Source of the DNA: Armatimonadota bacterium
GTDB lineage: Bacteria; Armatimonadota; SYMT01
Direction: 5' to 3'
NCBI GenBank assembly: GCA_046292385.1
Contig: JBKBRF010000031.1
Coordinates: forward strand, 22,970-86,969
DNA: 64,000 nucleotides
The position numbers were made by a program, and so were the translations under genes. The number at the start of each line of letters is the position of its first letter. Within the stretch, counting starts at the first letter, position 1. Shown piece after piece: positions 39,653 through 48,642 of this stretch. The notes under the pieces were generated by a model, which was not told the origin of the DNA, did no database searches, and saw nothing but the letters and a program-made list of their open reading frames with translations.

Positions 39653-39977
39653 CTGGGAGGATCCTCCGTTGCTCTAGGGTAGAGCCATGGTCGAGCTCTT
39701 GCGGTGGCCGGTCGAGCTCTGCGTAGAGACAATGAAACGGTGTAGCTGGGCGCCGAGCGGTGCGAAGCCGGGGAGAGATCCGGCCGGGTTGACCGCTGCA
39801 CCCGGAAACCGGGGCGCCCGGTCAGAGCGGAGCCTTCCGCCCGTGACCCCTTGCACACCTTCTCATACGCCTTGGTTTTTCGTGGCAGTTCCGCCTGCGG
39901 ACACGAAAAAACCGGCCGCCAAGCGCCCGGGTGATTGGTGGATCGGAAAAATTTTTCAGATCAGCACACTTTAGGGG

Positions 39978-40006
39978 TTGTGCCGCTGATGTCCGTGTGC
40001 TATGAT
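39978..40006 (+). promoter_or_regulatory. Sigma70-type promoter with extended -10
   Basis: TTGTGC (39978-39983), 17-bp spacer, TG-C-TATGAT (TATGAT at 40001-40006). Confidence 0.6.
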
Positions 40007-40011
40007 CCGGC

Positions 40012-40081
40012 TGCGTGAAACCTCATTTTCACCTCCTTTCGTAGCGTGCCCGCCGGATCCAATCCGGCGGGCCATTTTTTT
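40012..40081 (+). ncRNA. Putative small RNA with anti-Shine-Dalgarno motif
   Basis: Lies between a promoter and an intrinsic terminator; contains CATTTTCACCTCCTTTC. Confidence 0.55.
40048..40081 (+). terminator. Intrinsic terminator
   Basis: GCCCGCCGGAT-CCA-ATCCGGCGGGC followed by CA and T7. Confidence 0.85.
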
Positions 40082-40193
40082 GCGCCTGGCAGCCTGTGTA
40101 AGAAGGGGGATGTGGAGATAGGGGGAGGAGGGGGATGAGCCGGCCTTCTTCGCCTAGCGAATCCCGGGGCGGACGCATCGCCGACGGGGGCCG

Positions 40194-40316
40194 CGAGGAA
40201 TTGAAATACCTCGCTCGTCGGCCTGCGGCCACGCGTCCTCCGGACGCCTCAAACCGGGCCCTTCTCAGTCCCCGAAGGGGGACCTCGTGCCGTGATTGCC
40301 GCGGTTTCAACCACCC
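40194..40316. repeat. Dispersed intergenic repeat family A, copy 2
   Basis: Colinear similarity to 3981-4122. Confidence 0.75.
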
Positions 40317-40352
40317 TGCATCGCGCTAACGAAGCCGCGCCGGAGATTCGAA

Positions 40353-40444
40353 GGTCGCCAGCGAGCAGGAGCAAGAGCAAGAGCAGGAGCAGGACCTCCC
40401 GTGCGCGGAGGGTTCCACTTTAGCCTTCTGCCTTTAGCCTTTAG
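40353..40444. repeat. Dispersed intergenic repeat family B, copy 2
   Basis: Colinear similarity to 12528-12599 with extra GAGCA(A/G) and GCCTTTA units. Confidence 0.85.
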
Positions 40445-40447
40445 AAG

Positions 40448-41602
40448 CTACGCTGCCCGGCGGCCGGCGCTCTCCAGGGGCGGCGTGAGCCGGGACCAGC
40501 CCAGCATCTCCCGGACGGCCGCGGCGGGATCGCCGGTGTTCCGGCGCAGCAGGTCGAGCTGGCGGTCGGCGCCGCCGGGCTCCCGGATCGAATCGACCAG
40601 GCCCTGAAGGTACTCCACGCAGCCGAGGCGGCGGGCGATGGGGGCCAGCCGCGCTCCCAGGTCGGCCACGTGGTCCGGCACGCTCCGCGTGACCAGCGTG
40701 CGCGGGTCGACGAGCTCGGCGTCGCGCCCGAAGCGGCAGGCGCGCCACTTGTTCTGGCGCACCATCATCGGGTGGTGCTCCCGCTGGTACGTGCCCTCGT
40801 CGATCTCCTCGGAGAGCGCCTGCACCAGGCACTGGACCAGCGCCACCAGCCCCAGCGTCTCGTCCAGGCTGGGCGGCATGTCGCAGATCCGCACCTCTAC
40901 CGTGCCGAAGTTGTGGTGCGGGCGCACGTCCCACCAGATCTCCCGGATGGTGTGGATGAACCCGGTCTCGATCAGGTGGTTCACCAGCCAGGTGTACTCG
41001 CTCCAATTCCGCATCGGCTCCGGGAGGCCGGCGGTCGGCAGCCCTTCCATCACCTTGGAGCGGCTCGACTTGAGCCCGGTGATCCGCGCGTCCCAGCAGG
41101 GGCTGTTGGCGCTCACCGCCAGGAGCAGCGGGAGGTACGGCAGGATCCGGTCGCAGACCATCACCGCCTTATCGCCGGAATCGACCCCCACGTGGACGTG
41201 CAGCCCGAAAGTGACGAGCTGGCGCGCCGTGTCCTGCAGCAGGTCGAGCAGCATCTGGTAGCGGGCCGTGGGAGTGAGCTCCTGCTCGCTCCAGCGGGAG
41301 AACGGGTGCGTGCCGCTCCAGAGGATGCGGAGGCCCAGGTCATCCGTGATCCGCTCCACCACCCGGATCTTCTCGGAGAGGTCGCGCTCCGCGTCCGCCA
41401 CCGTGCCGCAGACGCAGCTGTTGATCTCCAGGTAGCACTGCATCAGCTCCGGCTTGATGCTCTCCTCCAGCGCGGCGGGGACCTGCTCCAGCACGCGGCT
41501 GATGCCGCTGGTGAGGGCCATGCTCTCTGCGTCGACCAGCGCAACCTCCAGCTCCACGCCGAGCGTGGGCCGATCGTTGGCACGGAACTCAAGCTTTCCC
41601 AT
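40448..41602 (-). CDS. Carboxylate-amine ligase YbdK/GCS2 family, second paralog
   Basis: TLGVELE, GTHPF, FGLHVHVG, SANSP, WWDVRPH, GTVEVRICD, NKWRACRFG. Confidence 0.9.
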   Translation of the reverse strand: MGKLEFRANDRPTLGVELEVALVDAESMALTSGISRVLEQVPAALEESIKPELMQCYLEINSCVCGTVADAERDLSEKIRVVERITDDLGLRILWSGTHPFSRWSEQELTPTARYQMLLDLLQDTARQLVTFGLHVHVGVDSGDKAVMVCDRILPYLPLLLAVSANSPCWDARITGLKSSRSKVMEGLPTAGLPEPMRNWSEYTWLVNHLIETGFIHTIREIWWDVRPHHNFGTVEVRICDMPPSLDETLGLVALVQCLVQALSEEIDEGTYQREHHPMMVRQNKWRACRFGRDAELVDPRTLVTRSVPDHVADLGARLAPIARRLGCVEYLQGLVDSIREPGGADRQLDLLRRNTGDPAAAVREMLGWSRLTPPLESAGRRAA

Positions 41603-41628
41603 CGGTCCCCTCCGTCGGATTCGTTCCC

Positions 41629-42837
41629 TCAGATGGAGCGCAGCGCGTCCGGCTGGTGCCAGAGCACCACCGCGCGGGCGAGGATCTGCGCGCCGATCGT
41701 GAGCGCTTGCTCGTCCAGGTCGAAGCGGTTGGAGTGCAGCGGCGAGCTCCCCGCGGTCGGCGAGGCGCAGCCGAGCCGGAACATGGCGCCGCGCACGTGC
41801 CGCAGGTAATAGGCGAAGTCCTCGCCGCCCATGCTGGCCCGGTCGATCAGGTCGATCGACTCCTCTCCCAGCACTCCCACGGCCGCCGCCTTCACGAGGT
41901 CGTTGAGGCCGCTGTCGTTCACCACCGATTCCGGTCCCTCGCCGAAGGTGACGTCGATGCGCGTGCCGGAGACCTCCGCCAGGCCTCGCGCCAGCTGCTG
42001 AATGTGCAGCTTGGCCCGCTCCCGCGAGGCGCCGCCGAGGGTGCGCAGCGTGCCGAGCAGCTCCGCGCGCTCCGGAATCACGTTGGGGTTGTCGCCAGCG
42101 CGGACCTGTCCGAAGGTGACGACCACCGGATCGAAGCTCTGGGCGGCCCGCGGGACGAAGAGATAGATGCTGCTGATGAGCTGCGCCGCGGCGGCGATCG
42201 GGTCGATCGACTCGTGCGGCCGCGCGGCGTGCCCGCCCCGCCCGGTGACGCAGATTTCGATGCTGTCGCAGGCGGCGGTCAGCGCGCCGTAGCGCAGCCC
42301 GATCCGTCCCACGCTGCGGGAGGGATCCATGTGGAGCGAGAGCAGCGCGCGCAGCCCGGTGACGGCGCCGGACTCGATCAGCTCCCGCGCGCCCTCGCTC
42401 GTCTCCTCCGCCGGCTGAAAGAGGCCGCGGCAGCTTACGCTGCACGGCAGCAGGTTTCGCTGCTTCGCCTCCACCAGCCCGAGCAGCGCGCCGTAGACCG
42501 CGGCGGTGTGTCCGTCGTGCCCGCAGGCGTGCATCACCCCCACCCGCCGGCTGCGGTAGGTCGCCTCCTTGGCGTCCTGCACCCGCAGGGCGTCCATGTC
42601 GGCGCGCAGCCCCAGTTGCGGCTCGCCCTCGCCGACGTCGACCACCACTCCGCGCTGCGACGGTGACAGCCGCGGCGAGAGCCCGGCTTCCTGCAGCGCG
42701 CCGAAGACATACCGGGCGGTCTGGTACTCCTCCCCGCTCGGCTCCGGATTGGCGTGCAGGTGGCGCCGCAGGGCAACCTGCCGGGCGGCCTGGATCGCCA
42801 CCAGTTCATCCAGAGCCTTTTCCCACCCGTTCGACAC
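41629..42837 (-). CDS. M20D amidohydrolase
   Basis: RRHLHANPE, RADMDAL, HACGHD, FQPAEE, GGH, GEDF; GTG after GAGGAG. Confidence 0.92.
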   Translation of the reverse strand: MSNGWEKALDELVAIQAARQVALRRHLHANPEPSGEEYQTARYVFGALQEAGLSPRLSPSQRGVVVDVGEGEPQLGLRADMDALRVQDAKEATYRSRRVGVMHACGHDGHTAAVYGALLGLVEAKQRNLLPCSVSCRGLFQPAEETSEGARELIESGAVTGLRALLSLHMDPSRSVGRIGLRYGALTAACDSIEICVTGRGGHAARPHESIDPIAAAAQLISSIYLFVPRAAQSFDPVVVTFGQVRAGDNPNVIPERAELLGTLRTLGGASRERAKLHIQQLARGLAEVSGTRIDVTFGEGPESVVNDSGLNDLVKAAAVGVLGEESIDLIDRASMGGEDFAYYLRHVRGAMFRLGCASPTAGSSPLHSNRFDLDEQALTIGAQILARAVVLWHQPDALRSI

Positions 42838-42943
42838 GCCCGCTCCTCCCCTCCCGGCCGACACACCGGACGGCTGCCGGCCGCACACGTTATGATACCC
42901 GCGCACCACTTTTCCCGAACTGAGTGGGCGAACCGTCCTGTGG

Positions 42944-43032
42944 TTGGCAGGTTTGCAGGTTGCAAGTTTCAGGTTCCGAACCCCGCCTCCCGGGGCGTTC
43001 AACCTGAAAACCTGGAACCGGCAAACCTGCAA
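42944..43032. repeat. 7/8-nt-period imperfect inverted repeat (REP-like)
   Basis: GCAGGTTTGCAGGTTGCAAGTTTCAGGTT arm against AACCTGAAAACCTGGAACCGGCAAACCTGC arm. Confidence 0.6.
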
Positions 43033-43068
43033 CAGCCCTCCCCCACTTCCTATTACGCCGCTCTACCC

Positions 43069-43827
43069 ATGAAGCCGCGAATCGCCATCACGAGCGGGTT
43101 GACCGGTACCCACTGGGCACCGGATGGGGTGACCTGGAGGGCCTACGCGCAGGCGGTGATCGCCGCGGGCGGGGAGCCGGTGCACCTCGATCCGAGCACC
43201 CGTGGGCGGGAGGCGGAGACGCTGGCCGGAGTCCAGGGGCTGCTGCTCCCCGGCGGGAATGACATCGACGTCTCCCTCTTTCCCCACCCACCCGATCTGC
43301 AGGGCGAGGACCCCGCCGCCTACATGGCGCGGCACCGCATGACGCCGGAGCCGGAGCGGGACTCCTACGAGCTGCCCCTGCTCTTCGAGGCGCTGGAGCG
43401 GGACCTGCCGGTGCTGGGGATCTGCCGCGGCTGCCAGCTGATTCAGGTCGGCACCGGCGGCGGGCTGCTCCTCGACATCCCGCTGCAGGTCCCCGGCGCG
43501 ATCGAGCACCGCTCCTGCCCCCGCGGCGAAGCGAGCTCCCACCACGCCCTGGAGATCGTCCCCGGCTCGCGGCTGGCGGAGGCGTTCCCGAGCGGCGCTC
43601 CCTCCCGCTGCAACAGCCGCCATCACCAGGCCTGCCGCGTGGAAGAAGGCGGCGCTACCCGCGCCGTGGCCCACTCCCCCGAAGACGGCATCGTGGAAGC
43701 GGTGGAAGTCCCCGGCCGCTGGTGGGTCCTCGGCGTCCAGTGGCACCCCGAGTTCCGGGCGGACGAGGAGGTTCGCCGGGAGCACGCTCCCCTCTTCGCG
43801 GCGTTCCTCCGCGCGGCCACCGGCTGA
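43069..43827 (+). CDS. Gamma-glutamyl-gamma-aminobutyrate hydrolase family (peptidase C26, PuuD-like)
   Basis: LLPGG.DI, RD.YE, LGICRG, NSRHHQ, GVQWHPE. Confidence 0.9.
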   Translation: MKPRIAITSGLTGTHWAPDGVTWRAYAQAVIAAGGEPVHLDPSTRGREAETLAGVQGLLLPGGNDIDVSLFPHPPDLQGEDPAAYMARHRMTPEPERDSYELPLLFEALERDLPVLGICRGCQLIQVGTGGGLLLDIPLQVPGAIEHRSCPRGEASSHHALEIVPGSRLAEAFPSGAPSRCNSRHHQACRVEEGGATRAVAHSPEDGIVEAVEVPGRWWVLGVQWHPEFRADEEVRREHAPLFAAFLRAATG

Positions 43828-44006
43828 ACCGCGCGGCCACCGGCGCAGGTGGTGTGCCCGGACTCCGCCAACATCTATTGGGGACATTCGCTTCCGGTGC
43901 GCGGTGCTGCGGTTCGAGGCTTCTGGCGAACCGGCAACTGCTAACCTGCAGCGCCCTCCCACCCCCTTTTCCACGCCCGACAACGGCGTTAGACAGGTTG
44001 TTGAAG

Positions 44007-45551
44007 ATGACTGACACGCAGCGCAGCGTTCTGCTGCTTCGAGAGGGCGACGACGTCGCCGTGGCCGTCCGCCCGCTCAAGGCGGGGGAAGTGATCGCCG
44101 TGAACGGGAGCGAGGTCCGCCTCGCCCAGAACGTCCCGGCCGGGCACAAGATCGCGCTCCACGCGCTGGAGGAGGACGCGCCGGTTCGCAAGTACGGGCA
44201 GATCATCGGCTTCGCGCGCGGGCCGGTGGCGCCCGGGGAGCACGTCCACTCGCACAACCTCGGCGTGAAGCCGCTGGGGCTCGACTACGAGTACTCCACC
44301 GCGGTGCCGCACGTGGAGATGGTGCCGGCGGCGGAGCGGCGGACGTTCCAGGGCTACAAGCGTCCGGACGGCAAGGTCGGCACGCGCAACTACCTGGCGA
44401 TCGTCTCCACCGTCAACTGCTCCGCCTCCGTGAGCCGCTTCATCGCCGACCGGTTCCGCGGCGACGCGCTGAAGGCGTTCCCAAACGTCGACGGCGTCAT
44501 CGCCGTCACCCACAAGGCCGGCTGCGGCATGAACATCCAGGGACAGGACCTGAAGATGCTGCAGGATACCCTGGCCGGCTACGCGCGGCACGCCAACGTG
44601 GCGGGCTACATCGTGGCCGGGCTCGGCTGCGAGGTGAACCAGGCGGTCGACATGATCGAGCGGACCGGCCTGATCAGCCTCGGCACCCCGCAGCGCAACC
44701 CGACGGTGATCACGATCCAGACCGAGGGCGGCGTCACCAAGACGGTGGAGCGCGGGATCCGTGAGATCGAGGCGCTCCTCCCCTACGCCAACAGCTTCCA
44801 GCGGAGCACGCAGCCGGTCTCGGAGCTGTTCGTCGCCACCAACTGCGGCGGCAGCGACGGCAACAGCGGCATCACCGCCAACCCGGCCGTCGGCTGGATG
44901 ACCGACGAGATGGTCCGCCACGGCGGCACCTCCGTGCTGGCGGAGACGACCGAGACCTACGGGGCGGAGCACATCCTCACCCGCCGGGCGGTGAGCCGGG
45001 AGGTCGGCGAGAAGCTGGTGGCGCTGATGCGCTGGTGGGAGCAGTACACCAGCATGCACGGCGCGGAGATCGATAACAACCCGTCGCCGGGCAACAAGGC
45101 GGGCGGCCTGACGACGATCTACGAGAAGTCGCTGGGGGCGCTCGCCAAGGGCGGCAGCAGCCCGCTGGTCGACGTGGTCGACTTCGCCCAGCCGATCCGC
45201 AAGCGCGGCTTCGTCTTCATGGACACGCCGGGGCACGACCCGGTGTCGATCACCGGCCTGGTGGCGGGCGGCTGCAACGTGGTGGTCTTCACCACCGGCC
45301 GCGGCTCCGTCTTCGGCTGCAAGCCGGCGCCGAGCATCAAGGTGGCGACGAACACGCCGCTCTTCGAGCACATGAACGACGACATGGATATCAACGCCGG
45401 CGTGATCCTCGACGGCGTGCCGGTGGCGGACGTCGGCCGCGCGATCTTCGAGAAGATCATCGCGGTGGCCAGCGGGGAGCGCACCAAGAGCGAGCTGCAT
45501 GGCATCGGCGACGAGGAGTTCAACCCCTGGATGACCGGCGCGGTGTTGTAA
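44007..45551 (+). CDS. Altronate/galactarate dehydratase family (UxaA/GarD)
   Basis: SAF domain (PAGHKIAL, KYGQIIG, HVHSHN), GTRN, VNCS, LGCE, CGGSD, NPSPGNKAGG, EKSLG, FTTGRG. Confidence 0.92.
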   Translation: MTDTQRSVLLLREGDDVAVAVRPLKAGEVIAVNGSEVRLAQNVPAGHKIALHALEEDAPVRKYGQIIGFARGPVAPGEHVHSHNLGVKPLGLDYEYSTAVPHVEMVPAAERRTFQGYKRPDGKVGTRNYLAIVSTVNCSASVSRFIADRFRGDALKAFPNVDGVIAVTHKAGCGMNIQGQDLKMLQDTLAGYARHANVAGYIVAGLGCEVNQAVDMIERTGLISLGTPQRNPTVITIQTEGGVTKTVERGIREIEALLPYANSFQRSTQPVSELFVATNCGGSDGNSGITANPAVGWMTDEMVRHGGTSVLAETTETYGAEHILTRRAVSREVGEKLVALMRWWEQYTSMHGAEIDNNPSPGNKAGGLTTIYEKSLGALAKGGSSPLVDVVDFAQPIRKRGFVFMDTPGHDPVSITGLVAGGCNVVVFTTGRGSVFGCKPAPSIKVATNTPLFEHMNDDMDINAGVILDGVPVADVGRAIFEKIIAVASGERTKSELHGIGDEEFNPWMTGAVL

Positions 45552-45579
45552 ACGCCGGCGCTCGCGCTATCAGTTCGAC

Positions 45580-47370
45580 ATGCCGGCCCGGCCGGAGCCG
45601 CCCGCGCTCCCGGTCCGGCCGGCATCTTCGTCTCGCAGTACCGTCGCTCTCCCAGGAGGCCGCAGCGTGGCTGAGACCGGCACCCTACCCTCCCCGGCCG
45701 CGGAAGAGGCCCAACCCGCTGCCGAGGCAGAAGAGGCCGCTCCACGGCGGTCGCTCCGGGAGCGGTGGGACGACTGGCGCGACGAGTGGCGCCGCGTCGA
45801 CTGGGAGATCGTCCGCACGCTCCTGGTGCGGGAGGCGCTCATCACCGTCCGTTCGGCGGCCTGGATGCGTCTGCTCGCCGGCTTCGCCGCGCTCACCGTA
45901 CTGCTGGCGCTGCTGCCGGGTCTCCACCGCAGCGCGCCGGGCCACTGGACCGATCCTGTCAGTAAGGCCTGGCTCGTCTACTGGGCCGTCGGCACCGCGG
46001 CCGCGCTGGTGGCGGCGGTCTATCACTGGACGTCCCGCCGGGTCGGACGGGAGCTGCGCTCCGGCGCGCTCGACGAGATCCTGCTCACCGGCACCGGTCC
46101 GGCCGACATCCTGCTGGCGAAGGCGCTCTCCGCGGCCGGGATTGCCGCCACCCTGGCGCTCACCGCCCTACCCGCCAGCTTGCTGATGGTGGCGGTTGCC
46201 GGGCAGGACGGCTGGGCGCTGCTCCGGCTCTGGCTCACCCTCGGCACGTTCGCCTACCTGGGGCTCTACCTCGGGTTGGAGAGCACGCTGCGCGGCGAGG
46301 GCTCGGCGAGTGCGACTTATCTCGCCTGGGTCGTCTTCCAGACCAGCGCGGTGTGCGCCGCCATCGGGAAGATGGTCGGCTGGAGCTGGCTCGCCTTCCC
46401 GCGGCGGGCGATGAACACTTTCAATCCGATCTCCACGCTCCTGGCGGCGGCCGGCACCCGCCCGGAGCGCTGGCCGATCGGGTTCATCGTCTGCGTGGTG
46501 CTGCTGGTGGTCCTCACCCTCATCGCGTTCCGGCTGCTGCGCCGCGACTGGGCCCACGCCGCCCACCGCGCGCAGAAGGAAGGCTTGTGGGGAAAGCTGC
46601 AGCGCTCGCCGCGGAAGTGGCGACTCAACGTGTCCGACGCTCTCGCGCCCATGGTCAAAGTGGAGCCGCTCCGGTTCGGAAACCGGCCGGTGGCGGAGCT
46701 GGAGCGGGAGCTCGGCTCCCGGATCGGGATCCTGAGCATTCCGTGGCTCCTGATGGGAATGCTGTCGCTGGTGTTCATCCTCGCCAGCGTCAAGTGGAAC
46801 CACCTCGCCCCGATCACGTTTCAGGTGCTGCTCGGGGTGGCGGCGGTGGCGACTGCGCACGATGCCGCCACGTCGATGGCGGCCGACCGCGAGAGCGGCC
46901 GCTGGCGCGATCTGGTGATGCTACCTGCGGCGAACTGGCAGCTGCTTCGGGACAAGCTGCAGGCGTCCTGGGAGAGCGCATGGGTCCCTTCCGTCGGAGC
47001 AGTGCTGGAGCTGCTGATCATCGCTCGTATTGACTCGTGGGAGATCGCCACGGGCTCCTGGATGGTGGTCACCCTGCTGCTCTTGCCGCTCAGCGCGTGT
47101 CTGATCGGCGCGCTCATCGGGGTCCGGTCGGCGTCCGTGGGACAGGCGCAGGCCCGCAGCGCGGTGCTCTTCGCGGGGCTTCCCGTGGCGCTCTGGTTCG
47201 CTCAGGGCTCGCTCGGAGCGGCCGGGTGGCTGGTGGTGCTGAATCCCCTCGCCGCGTGGAGCGCCGGAAGCTTGACGCTGGCCTGGGCGAGTACCCTGCT
47301 CTACGCCGCGAGCGGGGTGACTGCGATGCTCCTGCTGAACCGGAAGCTCCGGGACTGGGTCGCCGGGTGA
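45580..47370 (+). CDS. Polytopic membrane protein with two ABC-2 permease-like halves
   Basis: RELRSGALDEILLT..ILLAK and DRESGRWRDLVML..LLRDKL repeated motifs; alternative GTG start 45667 after AGGAGG. Confidence 0.65.
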   Translation: MPARPEPPALPVRPASSSRSTVALPGGRSVAETGTLPSPAAEEAQPAAEAEEAAPRRSLRERWDDWRDEWRRVDWEIVRTLLVREALITVRSAAWMRLLAGFAALTVLLALLPGLHRSAPGHWTDPVSKAWLVYWAVGTAAALVAAVYHWTSRRVGRELRSGALDEILLTGTGPADILLAKALSAAGIAATLALTALPASLLMVAVAGQDGWALLRLWLTLGTFAYLGLYLGLESTLRGEGSASATYLAWVVFQTSAVCAAIGKMVGWSWLAFPRRAMNTFNPISTLLAAAGTRPERWPIGFIVCVVLLVVLTLIAFRLLRRDWAHAAHRAQKEGLWGKLQRSPRKWRLNVSDALAPMVKVEPLRFGNRPVAELERELGSRIGILSIPWLLMGMLSLVFILASVKWNHLAPITFQVLLGVAAVATAHDAATSMAADRESGRWRDLVMLPAANWQLLRDKLQASWESAWVPSVGAVLELLIIARIDSWEIATGSWMVVTLLLLPLSACLIGALIGVRSASVGQAQARSAVLFAGLPVALWFAQGSLGAAGWLVVLNPLAAWSAGSLTLAWASTLLYAASGVTAMLLLNRKLRDWVAG

Positions 47371-47446
47371 CTCACCCGCAGAGCCGGCTGCCGAGCGTTT
47401 GGAGATAGAGCGCTTCGGGTAAGTGCCTTCCGAGGCATAGCCTGCC

Positions 47447-48523
47447 GTGGCGCCTATCAATTCCATGAGCTTCGCTTCCTATCTCTCCGGCCGCCTGCTG
47501 CCCTCTCGATCTCGCCGCTCGCGCGCCTGGCTGGCGGCGGCGGTCGCCTCCCGTTCCGGGCTGCTCTCCGCGCTGCGGGCGGCCCGGCGGAACCGCGGTC
47601 TGCTGGCGCTCACCTACCACCGGATCGGGGACCCGGACCGGTGCCTGGTCGACGGCAACAACTTTTCCTCCACGGAGAAGGAGCTGGCGGCCCACCTGGC
47701 GCTGCTCCAGCGGTGGTCGCGGATCACCACGCTGGAGGAGGTGGAGGCGCACTACGCCGCGGGCCGCGCCTTCTCCGGGTCGCGAGCGCTGATCACGTTC
47801 GACGACGCTTACCGGGACAACTACGCCCGGGCCTTTCCCGCGCTGCGACGCACCGGGGCGAGCGCGGTCTTCTTCGTGCCAACCGGCCTGATCGAGCAGC
47901 GGCACCTTCCCTGGTGGGACCGTATCGCCTACGCCGTGAAGCAGTGCCGGTCGGAGACGCTCCGCCCCTCCTACCCCGGTGACCTGGAGGTCAAGGAGGT
48001 CCGCACCCGGCCCGCCGCGGCGGTGTGGGCGCTGCTCCGGCGGTTCAAGAGCGACGCCGCCCTCGATAAGGAGCGGTTCGTCGCCGCGATCGAGGAAGCG
48101 GCCGGAGCGCGCGCGGCAGACGATGACCGCGTCGGCGAGCTGTTCGCGAGCTGGGACGAGCTGCGGGAGATGGCGCGCGGCGGGATGGAGATCGCCTCCC
48201 ACACCCACACGCACCGGCTGCTCGCGCACCTGCCGCTGCACGAGCAGCGGGAGGAGCTGGGCCGCTCTCGCGAGATCCTGCGGGAGAAGCTGGGCGTGAC
48301 GGCGCGCGCGGTCGCCTATCCGGTCGGCGGGCGCGGACACTTCAACGCGGAGACGCGCACGGCCCTGCGGGAGACCGGCTACCGGCTCGGGTTCTCTCAC
48401 TACGGGGGCTGGAACCCCCGGGCGGCGGACGCGTACGACATCCGCCGGGCACGGGTCGACTTCACGGTAGACCGGGTCCTGGTCGAGGCGGCGGTGTCCC
48501 TGCCTTCCTACTTCGCCCGGTAG
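47447..48523 (+). CDS. Polysaccharide deacetylase (CE4/NodB)
   Basis: LTYHR, ITFDDAY, SHTHTH, AYPVG. Confidence 0.9.
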   Translation: MAPINSMSFASYLSGRLLPSRSRRSRAWLAAAVASRSGLLSALRAARRNRGLLALTYHRIGDPDRCLVDGNNFSSTEKELAAHLALLQRWSRITTLEEVEAHYAAGRAFSGSRALITFDDAYRDNYARAFPALRRTGASAVFFVPTGLIEQRHLPWWDRIAYAVKQCRSETLRPSYPGDLEVKEVRTRPAAAVWALLRRFKSDAALDKERFVAAIEEAAGARAADDDRVGELFASWDELREMARGGMEIASHTHTHRLLAHLPLHEQREELGRSREILREKLGVTARAVAYPVGGRGHFNAETRTALRETGYRLGFSHYGGWNPRAADAYDIRRARVDFTVDRVLVEAAVSLPSYFAR

Positions 48524-48547
48524 CCGAGCTCAGACCGGTGTTTTCTG

Positions 48548-48631
48548 CCGCCCCTCCAGGGCGGGGGCTTCCGTCCGCCGCGAATCCGGGGGTTTTCACC
48601 CCCGGCTATGCTCCCGCGCCCCTCCGGGGCG
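48548..48631. repeat. Dispersed REP family C, copy 1
   Basis: CGCCCCTCC.GGGCGG..GAATCCGGGGG..ACCCCCGGCTAT..CGCGCCCCTCCGGGGCG, repeated at 49882-49971. Confidence 0.75.
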
Positions 48632-48642
48632 CCTCAGGCACA

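Noticed and set aside
40029..40040. 16S rRNA fragment
   Set aside because: Only the TCACCTCCTT motif matches; no other rRNA sequence flanks it
43808..43843. Short direct repeat CCGCGCGGCCACCGGC around the hydrolase stop codon
   Set aside because: Two-copy local duplication with no associated element
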